From Mobula hypostoma (Eukaryota), in assembly GCF_963921235.1 (NCBI RefSeq), contig NC_086107.1, positions 115,074,001 to 115,138,000 on the forward strand: DNA of 64,000 nt, written 5' to 3'. Positions within the stretch are counted from its first letter, which is position 1. Each line of letters begins with the position of its first letter. Under the pieces are notes generated by a model. The model saw only the letters and a program-made list of their open reading frames with translations, was not told the origin of the DNA and did not search any database. Both the position numbers and the translations under genes were made by a program. Below are positions 53,848 to 64,000 of the stretch, piece by piece.

Positions 53848-55733
53848 TGTTACAAGGGGGCGCTAAAGGCGGACCCAAATGCAAGACACAGACACTGAAG
53901 TTCTAGGAACAGGACTAGGATTGTCGAGATAGCAAGGTGAGTCAGAAAGAAGCGACGCTGGACATTGACACAGGCCTTGGACGAGATTAGGATTCAGGGC
54001 CTGGGCTAGGACTTGGGCTAGAGCACGGGACCCGGACGTGGAACTAGGAATAAGGAGCCTGGACTAGGGACTCGGAAATCCGGAACCAGAGTCTGGACAA
54101 GGACTCGGAACCTGGGTCTCGACTCGAAACCGGAACCCTGGTTTAGGCAAGGACTCGGGTCTAGAATCTTGGCAAGGACAGGACTTGGCTACAGGACAGG
54201 ACGAGGTACACCAGCACAGGACGAGGAATCTCCAGCACCGGGCTGGGCGAGGTATTCCTGGGCTGGGCAAGGTACTCCTGGGCTGGGTGAGGTACTCCTG
54301 GGCTGGGCAACATACTCCTGGGCAGAGTGTGGCTTTTGGACTAGGTTTGGCTCGGCTTTTGGACTCGACTTGGTTAGGCTCTTGGGTACGGAGCCAGGAC
54401 GTCTCCTAGGAGCGCAGGGCCGGGACTCTTTCCAAGACGCAAGGCCAGGACCCTTTCTAGGAGCGCAGGGCCGGGACCCTTTCAAGGAGCGCAGGGCCGG
54501 AACCTTTCCTAGGAGCGCAGGGCCGGGACCCTTTCTAGGAACGCAGGGCCGGGGCCCTTTCTTAGACACAGGGCCGGGATAACTGCCGAGGTAAACTCTC
54601 GAGGTAAACTGCCGAGGATTCGGAGGGGGACGATCGAGCACAGGACGAGGAATCCCCAGCACATGACGAGAAATCTCTAGCACCGAGCTGGGCGAGGTAT
54701 TCCTGGGCTGGGCAAGGTACTCCTGGGCTGGGTGAGGTACTCCTGGGCTGGGCAACATACTCCTGGGCAGAGTGTGGCTTTTGGACTAGGTTTGGCTCGG
54801 CTTTTGGACTCGACTTGGTTAGGCTCTTGGGTACGGAGCCAGGACGTCTCCTAGGAGCGCAGGGCCGGGACTCTTTCCAAGACGCAAGGCCAGGACCCTT
54901 TCTAGGAGCGCAGGGCCGGGACCCTTTCAAGGAGCGCAGGGCCGGAACCTTTCCTAGGAGCGCAGGGCCGGGACCCTTTCTAGGAACGCAGGGCCGGGAC
55001 CCTTTCTTAGACACAGGGCCGGGATAACTGCCGAGGTAAACTCTCGAGGTAAACTGCCGAGGATTCGGAGGGGGACGATCCAGCACAGGACGAGGAATCC
55101 CCAGCACATGACGAGAAATCTCTAGCACCGAGCTGGGCGAGTTACTCCCGGGCTGGGCGAGTTACTCCCGGGCTGGGCGAGGGCACGAAGCTCAGTCTTG
55201 GATTAGGCTGGAACACGGCACCTGGACTTGATCTTGGAACACAGGAGCACAGAGCCTTGGACTGGAGCACAGGAACGTAGAGCCTTGGAATGGAGCACAG
55301 GAACACAAAGCCTTGGACTTAAGCACAGGAACGCAAAACACAGAGCCGGGAACCTCCTTGGGAAGCACAGGACGTAGGGCCGGGTCTCGTACACAGAACA
55401 CGGACACTAAATACGGGGACACAAAGAGACAGTTCCAAACTCAACGATAGATAGTTCTTTCTCTTGGCGTGGCAAGGCTCCAGTCTCACTCCGGCAGTTG
55501 AACTTGATGGGGATACTGACGAGGTTGCAGGCGGACGTTCAGAAGGAAGCAGAAGGGAAGGGAAGGGAACTGTCCAGCAGCCCAAGCTGAATCCAGGAGC
55601 CAGCCCGAAACTAGAATCAGGTGTCTCAATTAAAGCACCCAATGGAACAAGGGAAAACTGGAAAATCCGGAATAAGGAATCAATGAACTGGACCGTGAAC
55701 CGGAATGCAGACTTCACGGACCGGACCATGACA
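53848..55733 (-). mobile_element. Solo LTR related to 52545-53459, opposite orientation, with an internal 445-bp tandem duplication
   Basis: Minus-strand termini TGTCATGGTCCGGTCCG..GGGTCCGC..TTGTAACA match the neighbouring LTR. Period 445 (CTGGGCGAG anchors at 54243, 54688, 55133). Confidence 0.85.
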
Positions 55734-56184
55734 CAACACGCATTCAGTACAGCACCCTCAGTCCTGTATTCATACCTCTCGATTTTGTCGCACCATGCTC
55801 AACCTTTTGACTCCTAACTTTAACTGAGATCTTAACAACATTTCCCTTCCACACCCCCTCCGTTAATTGTTCTGGTACTCTGGTTCCCATCCCCCTGCAC
55901 ATCTAGTTTAAATCCCACCGTGCAGCATTAACAAATCTTCCCGCTAGGATATTAGTCCCCTTCCAGTCCCTCTGTACAGGTCTCGCCTTTCTTGGAATGA
56001 TGCAAGAATCTTATGCTTTCTCTCCTGCACCAACTCCTTAGCCACGTATTAATCTGTATATTGTTTCTAGTTCTAGCCTCATTAGCGCGTGGCACGGGTA
56101 GTAATCCTGACACCCTGCCCTTTAACTTAGCACGTAACTCCCCGAACTCTCTATGCAGAACCTCGTCACTCATCCGAATGTCTT

Positions 56185-56332
56185 CCTTCCATTTCGAGCG
56201 ATCTTCCCTACCAGATCTGCTCAGCTATTGGTCACCTACATCTTATTTCATGGTCTGTGGTTTCTGTGGGTATGACTCTTACTTCCCCTCCGCCCCACCC
56301 TCCCTCAGTCGTTCTACCGGAATCCTACCCGA
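56185..56332 (+). promoter_or_regulatory. Candidate TATA-less proximal promoter/5' UTR of the integrin gene
   Basis: RUNX TGTGGTT (56256-62), AP-1-like TGACTC (56273-78), PU.1/ETS ACTTCCCCTC (56281-90) and Sp1 CCGCCCC (56290-96), directly upstream of the ATG. Confidence 0.55.
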
Positions 56333-56372
56333 ATGTCTCGCTGCGGGGTCTCCGTTCCGTTCCTGCTGAACG
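56333..56372 (+). CDS. ITGAX/ITGAM-like: Integrin alpha exon 1 (start of signal peptide)
   Basis: ATG..MSRCGVSVPFLLN-G|GTGAGT, phase 1 compatible with exon 2. Confidence 0.8.
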
Positions 56373-59300
56373 GTGAGTCTCTATCCTCCCCCAGCTTTGG
56401 GGAAAGGCGCTGGGAGAGAGGGTGGGAAATCGGAGAGCCTTGGCAGGTTGATCCTGTTAACGGAATGACAGCGTGGACGTTTAGAGATGTCTCATATCAG
56501 GAAAGTCCTTACCTCTTCACCACCCCCGCTCTATCCTTTCCCGTGCCCGTTTCCCCCTCCCTCCCATTTACCCCATTCTCCCCCTCACGCTACCCTTACT
56601 CCACTATCTCCTCACCGTCCCCTCTCCTCTTCCCCCTTATGACTTCTCCCTACCTCCTGTCCGTCCCTCTGCCCTCCTTCTGTTCTCCTTCCTCCCCTCT
56701 CCTTTCCCTCCACTCTCCTACAATTCCTTTCCCTCCAACCTCTTCCTTCTCTTCACCTATTCCCTCTCCCTCGCCCTCCTCTCTCCATTTCCTCCCTATC
56801 CCCTCCCTTCTCTCTCCCTCCTTTCTCTGTCCCCTTGCCATCCCCTTCTCTCGCCATCCACCTCTCCCACCCCTCACCCTCACTCCATCCCCATCCACCC
56901 TCCTCTCTCTCCCTCCCCCACTCCCTCACCCTCTTCTTTCATCCCCTTTCACCCAAGGCCGTCTCCCCCCTCTCCCTCTCCCCACCCCCTTCGCCCTCCA
57001 CCCCACTCTATCCCCTTCCCTCCCCTTTCTCTCTCTCACCTCCCAAGGCCCTCTCTTCCACTCCCTCCTCTTGCCCCTCTCTCCTTACTCCTCCATTCCC
57101 CTCCCCCTCTCCCTCTCTCCCTCCCTTCCCTACGTCCCTCCCTTTCTCTGTTCCTCTGTTGCAATTTTCAGCTCGGTTTTGCAAAGTAAAGAACAACGAT
57201 TCCGTTTCCCCATCCTGTCAGCTGTGCAACGCCTCTCAGTCTGAGATAATGTGTTTACTTGCCGTCCCGTCCTTCTGTTCCCCGCCGCCTAACAGCGGGA
57301 TAGAAACTATCCCTGAGCCTGTCTGACGTGCTTCTGGGACTTCTCTACAGTATTCTCGGCCCGATAGGAGACTGGTGAAGAGGGAATGTCCGGGGTGGGA
57401 GGATTATGTGGGCTGCTTTTACGAGGCAGCGGGCAGTGTGGACAGGACCTTGGAAGGGAAGCTGATTTACGTGATGTACTGAGTTGTGTTCACAGCTTTG
57501 TGTTTTCATGTGATCAAGGGCAGAGCACTTGCCATATCAAGCTATAAAAGGATGCTTTCTATGTCTATCCATTGTTTTAAAAATCCATGCGGGACAAGTT
57601 GCAGAGAAAGCTCCTGAGGCAGTGGAGGTACTGGTGAACTTCCTGGCCGTGGTGGCGACCCGTTAGACTAACGCAGGCCATTCGCTGCTTAGTTCTTGAA
57701 CCTGAACTCCCTCGACCGCAGCATCATTGACATAGACGGGAACATGTGCATTCCGCCCGCATCTTGAGGCCAGCTCTTTTGTGCTGTAAGGGCACCGTGT
57801 CACTACGCTCTCTGTCGCCTTCCCGCCCACTAGCTCAGCGTTATTTAAGATAAAGTCCAATAAGGCGGTGTCATCCGCAAACTCACGTTGAGTTAGAGCA
57901 GAAGTAGTTATGAGTGTGCAGGAAGTGAATTTAGTGAGGTTGGTGGAATCTTGGCGACTGTAACCCTTCCTAGAGATGCTGCCTGGCCTGCTGCGTTCAC
58001 CAGCAACTTTGATGTCTGTTGCTTAAAGTTTAGAATAGCTGGGGAAATGGATTGAAAAATGGCAGATGCAATTTCATGCAGAGAAGGTGAGATGTTGCAA
58101 TTTGGGAGGACAAGCCAGGTTAGGACGTATATAGTGAATGGTGGGGGGAGGTGCGCTGGGTGCAGTAAAAGAGATCTGGGAACGCAGATCTATAGGCCCT
58201 TGCAAGTGGCGTCAACGGGTGGACAGAGTCAGAAAGAAAGCGTCTAGCACATTGGCATTTGTGTATCAGGGTACTGAGTACAGGAGTTGAAGTGTTATGT
58301 TGAAATTGTACTAACCAATGAACTGACCAGAACTGTACTCAAACCCCAACGTCTTGTGCAACCTATAAAGTTGAAACTGTGCAGAGAAGAATTGCAACGA
58401 TTTTGCCCGGGCGTGGATCTGACGTAAACGGAAACGTTTGAGGAGATTTAGTATGGCACCAAAGACACACGAAGATTTCTACGGAAGTTTAGTGGGGAGC
58501 ATACTAAGTGGTTGCCTCGCTGTCTATTCCGGGGAGGTGGGGCTCTGCATGGGATCAGAAAAAGCTGCAGAAAGTTGTAAACTCAGCCAGCTCCATCAAG
58601 GCCACGAGCCTAACCTCACCAGGACACCTTCAGAAGGCGATGCTTCAAAAGGGTGCCATGCATCATAAAGGACTTTCGTCGCCCAGAGACATGCCCTCTT
58701 CTCATTGCTACCATCAAGGGGGTGGTACAGGAGCCTGAAGACACACACTCAAGGTTTTAGAAACAGCTTCTTCCCCATCGCCATCAGTTTTCAGAATGAG
58801 CAATGAACACATGAACACTTCTTCAGTATTTCACCTCTCTCTGCACTAATTTACTGTAATTGCTAATATATATCCTTCTTATTTTAAGTTATGGTTTATA
58901 AATACGATGTGATGCAACGTACTAATGATGATGATTATGAAGACACGTAGTCCTCTTTTATTGTCATTTAGTACTGCATGCATTAAGAAATGATACATTA
59001 TTTCCTCCGGTGTGATATCACAAAACGCAGGACAGACCAAGACTGAAAAAAAACTGACAAAACTACAGAGTTATAACATACAGTTACAACAGTGCAACAA
59101 TACCATAACTTGAAGAAGTCCACGAGCACAGTAAAGTTCAAAGTTTCTCAAATGTCCCACATCTCACGCAGACGGGAGAAGGAAGAAAAACTCTCCCTGC
59201 CACGCCGACCAAAATTCGACTCTGAGTCATCGGAAAACTTCGAGCTCCGATCAGCTCTCCGACACTGAATACTGAGCGCCATCTCTGCCCGAGCGATTCG

Positions 59301-62300
59301 ACCTCCTTCTCGGTCGCCAAAAGCAGGCAAGGCCGGGGATTTTGAGGCCTACCCTCCGAAAGATCCACGACCACACAGTAATGACAGCAGCGAGCGGGCG
59401 TTTCAGAAATTCCTCCAGATGTTCCTCTGTGCTTTCACGTCCATTCTCCATCAAATCAGAATTATCCACGGCCCCTATTTGACAGATACAATATCATATA
59501 CTGCTACCACAAAGCAAAATAAAATGTCACGACATATGTCGATGATATTAAACATGATTCTGATTCTGTTAGGACTTTATTCCCTAGTACGGAGGAGAGT
59601 GAAGGGAGATCTTATAGACCAGTACAGAATGATTAGTGGAGTAGACGGAGCGAGTACTAGCAGGCTTCTACTGAGGCTGGGAGAGACTAGAATTGGAGGT
59701 TACAGGTGTAGGGTGAAAGGTGGAATGTTTGATGGGAATCTGAGAGAAACTTCAGTTAGGGCTGATACACGTACGGAAGTAGTGGTAGAGGTTCAATTGA
59801 AACATTTAAGAGAGGTTTGGTTTGGTACATGGAGGGGTATGGATGGACATACTGCAGGTAAATAGATCCGGAGGTTGAGGCCGATGGGACTGTTTCCGTG
59901 TAGTAAGGCTCTATGGCTCTTAAGTCAACTATTCAGTTGCAGAGGGAGGTGCTGAGACCAAGGTTTAGGAGATTGGTGATGAGATTGCTTGGAATTGTGA
60001 GGTTGGAGCAGAGGGAAGGGGTGTTCTGCAGGGGGTGGGGGTGAGAAGGATAGGGGTCGGGGAAAATGCAATGATTGACGCATCCAGTAACTGTTGGTGT
60101 GTCCATCTGTCACAGTCGTCCTGTTCTGCAGAGGGTTCAATATCGATTCCCGAAACCCAACGGTCCGTCGGCAAGATGCAGACTCGTATTTCGGATACCA
60201 AGTGCGAACGTTCGGAAAAAATGATAAAACGTAAGGAAAAGGATCATCCTCCCCCTCCCGAATTCCCCAATTCTGAAATTGTGCGTTGAACGCATCGCCC
60301 TCCCCTCACCCGCTCTACTCCCGGGCGAGCGTCCTCTCTCTCCTCTAACATTCTGCATTGCAGAATAAACATGTGACTCCACCCTAACCGCATCCGATGT
60401 CTTGTTAACCGTTTCCCTGACAGATTAACCGCAAACACAAACATCAGGCTCGAGAAGAAAACATCGAGGAGGGAGGGAGCCCTGCGGGAGGGAAGGCGAG
60501 GAAGGAGTGACGGCTAGGAGGGAGAATTAGGGAGGAGGAAGGGATGATGAAGACAAAGGAGGGAGAAGAGGGAGAGACGGAAGGGCAGTGAGGAGGGATG
60601 GATGGAGGGGCGGTGAGAAGGGATGGAGCGGGGTTGAGGGATTGGTGAAGATGAAGGAAGGGGGAGGGAAGGAGTGGGGTGAAGGTGGAGGGGCTGTCAA
60701 GACGGAGGAATGTTGAGGGGTTGGTGAACAGAGAGAAGGTGGTGCGGACGGGGCGGTGGGGAGGGCAGGGTGGAGGGTCAGTACTCGGGGCGTAGATGCG
60801 GTGAGAAGCGAGAATGAGGGAGTGGCGGTGAGGAAGATGGGCGCTAAAGAGGAAGGGCGGATTGCGCCCTGCGAAAACGCCGGCCACACCGATTGATCAC
60901 TTTCTGTTTCCCCTCGGTCAGGGATAAGATCATCGTTACGGCCCCCCTTGCGGCTGGCTCACCCGGGAAGGGGAGCGGCGCCGTGTACAGCTGTGATGTC
61001 CGGAACAGGGGGTGTGACCTCCTCCGCACCCCAGGTCAGCGATGTGGGACCCCACCTCCTCCGTCACCTATACATACTCCGTCCAAACCCCCAGCACCCT
61101 CGTCCGCAAGTCCCACCCCTCCGACCAAGCCCCCACCCCGTCTGTCGAAACTCCCTCAACCAGGCGTCCTAAGCGGCCTAGATATAGACACTCACCCCTC
61201 CGGCAGTCCAAACCTTCATCCGTCCAAATCTTCACTCGACTCCATACTGAAACAGCCACCTCCTCAGTCTAAACCTCTACATATCTCAGTCTTCAAAGCT
61301 TCAACCCACTCCGTCAAAACCCCAAAACCCCTCCGTCCTCATCCTCACTAACCTCCATCCAAAGCAACCCTTGTCCAAACCACGCCACCCTACGTTGAAC
61401 CCCCATCCCACTCCGGCCGTCTCCACCACCCTTTCTCAAAACCCATAACCTCTCCATCCTCAATCCTCCTCCCATCAAACCAAACCACCACCCCTGTGTC
61501 TAAACCAGATTCCACTTCGTCAAAGTCCCCACCTCACCCCAACTTTCCTCAAACCCCCATCCCACACTGTATCAACCGCCCTCAAAACCTCGCCCTCCAT
61601 CCTCAAATTCCCGCTCCTCTCCATTCAACCCGTCAACCCCGTCCGTCCTAGAACACAGACCCTCTGTCTATGTCCCCACTTCCCGTCCTCGAGTCCCACC
61701 TCCTCCATCCTCAACCCCAACGCCCTCCGTCCAACACCCCACACCTTCTGACTAAACGACTACTCCCTTCCATCCGAAACCTCACGCCCCCCTTTCAAAC
61801 TCCAATACCCCTCTTTCCAATTTCCCACCCCTCCATTCTCAAACAGTTACACCTCTGCCGTTTTGTTCAACTCTTTGTCGGCTCTGAGAATTCTTATCCG
61901 AGGTTTGCTCGCGGAAGGGATGGGGTTGAGGGTGGTTGCCTCTGCATTCGAGTAGCCGCCTGTTCCCTCCGGCTGATGCTGACGCTCCGCGTGTTTGTGA
62001 ACCCAATCCTCAGGTTCGCCGGGCGTCCATGTCCGTGGGCTGGGTCTGTCAGTGTCCACCGCCCTCAGCGCCAGCGAACCACAGCTACTGGTAGGTGCGG
62101 TCAGGCAACCACTCCCTCCTCACGGACCCTCCCTTTGCGCCCTACCTCACCCTTGCAGAACCTCCCTCCTCACTGCTCATCCCTTCCCCTCGTTCCTCGT
62201 CGCCCATCCCTCCTCCCCCTCCCTGCTCACCGCCATGCCCACCAGCTTTTCATCGCGGCTCCTCCCTCCTCGCGAACAACCCTTCGTCTCAACCCCACCC

Positions 62301-63951
62301 ACGACGTCGGCACTCTCTCTCACTTCGTCCTCGCTGCCCACCCTTTCACTCCCCATGTTGCCACATACTGACCATCCTCCCTCTATCTTTCCCGGGACAA
62401 GGTATGTTCACCCGCCCTGTCCTACACATGCGGAGAGAATACCTACGTGAATGGAATCTGCTACCAGTTCGACGGGACCCTGGAAAACCCCCAAAACCGG
62501 ACCCCTGCATTTGAAGGTAGCCTTAGCAACAAGGTCGGGGAAGTAGGAGGTTACAGAGAAAGGGAATGGTGGAAGGGAGGAAGGGGTGACGGGAATGGGG
62601 AGGGAAGGGATTATGAAGTCGGGGAGAGTGAACGGAGTCATGACCGGCGTATGAGAGGGAACGGTCACATTGACGGAGAGGGGTGTAGAGGGAAAGGGGT
62701 CACAGAGAAAGAAGAAGTGTAGGGACGGATAGGACTCACAAAGAAATGGGGAGTGTAGGGGAGGGAGGGGGTCTCGGAGACGGGGGTGGGGTGTGGCGAT
62801 GTAAGGGACATTGGGATTTGCAGAACACCGGCCTCCTTACCACTATATTTGACATATAGGCTGCCCTGCCGTGAAGTTAGACGTGGCCTTTCTGATCGAC
62901 GGCTCTGCAAGCATCGAGGACTCTGACTTCGAGATCATGAAAGGTTTTATCCTGAAGGTCATGAAAAAATTGAAAGGGAAGGAGGCACAGGTGGGTCTGA
63001 CTTTCACCTCCAGAGCCCTGTGTCACTGACCGTGTCCTCGTTAAATTCAATGCAAATTCTTCCCACCGTTGCCCAGTGATCCCGCTCCCCCAGAGCCCTG
63101 TATCCCCACTGACGTTAACCCAGCTCCCTCACGCCGTCCCTCTTCCCCAGCACGGTGTCGCTAACTGTATCCCCACCGACGTAAGTGCAGCACACTCACA
63201 CCGTCCCCGAGTCACACCTCTGTACAGCGCCCTGTGGCACTCAGATCCACTCCTACCCGCAGTATGCCCTCGTACAATTCTCGGAGAACGTGCGGACTGA
63301 GTTCAGCTTCACGGAGTTTCGCCAGAGCACAGATCAGGAAAGACTTGTCCGACCCATCGAGCGGATGAATTCCCTCACCTATACACCGAGCGGGATCAAA
63401 TACGTGGCGTAAGTTTAACTCCGGGGTTGTGTGGGAAGGAAGGGGTAGTACGTAGGGTAAAAGTTGGGGCGGGGGGTCTTCGAAGACCAAAAGTGGTATA
63501 ATGTAGGGTGCCAAGAGGGGTATAATGTAGGGTGCGGTTAAAAAGAGGGGTATAATGTAGGGTGCGGTTAAAAAGAGGGGTATAATGTAGGGTGCGGTTA
63601 CAAAGAGGTGGATGGACGGAGGGGAGGAACGGTCTCAGAAACCTGGGCCGTGTAGAGGATTGAGGGGAGTCACTGGGACAGGGAGTGGTGTAGGGGAGGG
63701 ATGGGGTTTACTGAGATGGGGGGGTGTAGTAGTGGAGGGACGGAGTTTCTCACACGCAGTCGGGAATGTTTCTGATTCCTGTGTCCCACTCTGTCAGGGA
63801 AAAGATCTTTCAAGAAGCGGCCGGCGCCAGGCCCGAGGCAAAAAGAATGATGATTGTAATCACAGACGGTGAATCCAATGACCTGGACGTTAATTTCGCC
63901 GCGGCCATACAAGCGGCAGAGTCCAAGAAAATTGTTCGATACGCAATTGGG
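56333..63951 (+). CDS. ITGAX/ITGAM-like: Leukocyte integrin alpha chain (CD11 family, alpha-X/alpha-M/alpha-D-like), exons 1-8, 3' partial; join(56333..56372,60116..60230,60922..61034,62014..62090,62402..62516,62860..62990,63263..63408,63798..63951)
   Basis: All introns are GT..AG with matching phases (1,2,1,0,1,0,2,0). 891 nt = 297 codons without a stop: MSRCGVSVPFLLNVVLFCRG/FNIDSRNP..SYFGYQV..IIVTAPL..VYSC..GLGLSV..PQLLVCSP..CGENTYVNGICY..DVAFLIDGSAS..YALVQFS..LTYTPSGI..GARPEAKRMMIVITDGES..IVRYAIG. The exact paralog cannot be assigned. Confidence 0.95.
57260..59920. mobile_element. TE fragments in integrin intron 1: Rex-like (- ~57260-57890; + ~58430-58920), Penelope end (~57960-58025), CR1 (+ ~58040-58420, ~59565-59920), unclassified repeat (~58925-59497)
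   Basis: Similarity to the same families elsewhere in the window; boundaries approximate. Confidence 0.55.
60116..60230 (+). CDS. ITGAX/ITGAM-like: Integrin alpha exon 2
   Basis: cacag|..VLFCRGFNIDSRNPTVRRQDADSYFGYQVRTFGKNDK..|gtaagg; contains the FNID mature N-terminus. Confidence 0.92.
60922..61034 (+). CDS. ITGAX/ITGAM-like: Integrin alpha exon 3
   Basis: tcag|DKIIVTAPLAAGSPGKGSGAVYSCDVRNRGCDLLRTP|gtcagc. Confidence 0.92.
62014..62090 (+). CDS. ITGAX/ITGAM-like: Integrin alpha exon 4
   Basis: cctcag|SPGVHVRGLGLSVSTALSASEPQLL|gtaggt. Confidence 0.9.
62402..62516 (+). CDS. ITGAX/ITGAM-like: Integrin alpha exon 5
   Basis: acaag|VCSPALSYTCGENTYVNGICYQFDGTLENPQNRTPAFE|gtagcc. Confidence 0.92.
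62860..62990 (+). CDS. ITGAX/ITGAM-like: Integrin alpha exon 6 (I-domain start, MIDAS DxSxS)
   Basis: tatag|CPAVKLDVAFLIDGSASIEDSDFEIMKGFILKVMKKLKGKEAQ|gtgggt. Confidence 0.95.
63263..63408 (+). CDS. ITGAX/ITGAM-like: Integrin alpha exon 7 (I-domain)
   Basis: ccgcag|YALVQFSENVRTEFSFTEFRQSTDQERLVRPIERMNSLTYTPSGIKYV|gtaagt. Confidence 0.95.
63513..63608. repeat. 30-bp minisatellite (AAAAGAGGGGTATAATGTAGGGTGCGGTTA) x~3 in intron 7
   Basis: Tandem copies seen directly. Confidence 0.9.
63798..63951 (+). CDS. ITGAX/ITGAM-like: Integrin alpha exon 8 (I-domain)
   Basis: gtcag|EKIFQEAAGARPEAKRMMIVITDGESNDLDVNFAAAIQAAESKKIVRYAIG|gtgagt. Confidence 0.95.
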
Positions 63952-64000
63952 GTGAGTCACCGCGCGTTGAACAAACCACCTTCTCCCAAGTAACACCCCT

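Larger units (their letters stand above)
33150..56180 (-). mobile_element. Old CR1 (CR1-A) split into pieces at 33150-33234, 34068-35211, 51857-52544, 53465-53760 and 55746-56180 by nested insertions
   Basis: The pieces are collinear on the minus strand: 3' UTR and RT, then endonuclease, then ORF1 esterase (REFGELRAKLK..SGLLPVPRA..INTWLRSWC at 55952-56173). They rejoin across the TSDs of the inserts. Confidence 0.8.

Noticed and set aside
54190..55180. CRISPR-like array or repetitive proteins (189/188-aa ORFs)
   Set aside because: These are tandem repeats without unique spacers inside a eukaryotic solo LTR; no cas genes are present.
56333..57244. 303-aa Pro/Ser-rich single-exon ORF
   Set aside because: It is read-through of integrin exon 1 into a CT-rich intron; a strong donor at 56373 splices in phase to exon 2.
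60122..60132. Alternative acceptor ctgcag| in integrin exon 2
   Set aside because: It lies 16 nt downstream of the in-frame acceptor, so it would shift the frame and lose FNID.

Overview
Vertebrate genomic DNA, most likely from a cartilaginous fish (ray/skate-like; inferred from the repeat families). About 85-90% of the window is retrotransposon-derived: L1/Tx1, CR1, Rex/Babar, RTE-derived and Penelope remnants, a tRNA SINE and three solo LTRs. The only clear host gene is the 5' part of a leukocyte (CD11-family, ITGAX/ITGAM-like) integrin alpha chain. It has 8 phase-consistent exons at 56333-63951 (+, 297 codons) encoding the signal peptide, first FG-GAP repeats and an I-domain with an intact MIDAS, and it continues past the window end. 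A ~23 kb, five-layer nest of transposons (33150-56180) ends only ~150 bp before its ATG. The most unusual items are two small inserts. One is a 495-bp TSD-flanked RTE-derived element (24306-24800) carrying a ~161-nt, apparently circularly permuted piece of a host CYHR1/ZFTRAF1-like coding exon. The other is a 268-bp TSD-flanked Penelope-derived hairpin (46981-47248) with a minimal hammerhead ribozyme motif on each strand. All family assignments come from recalled motifs, not database searches, and fragment boundaries without TSDs are approximate.
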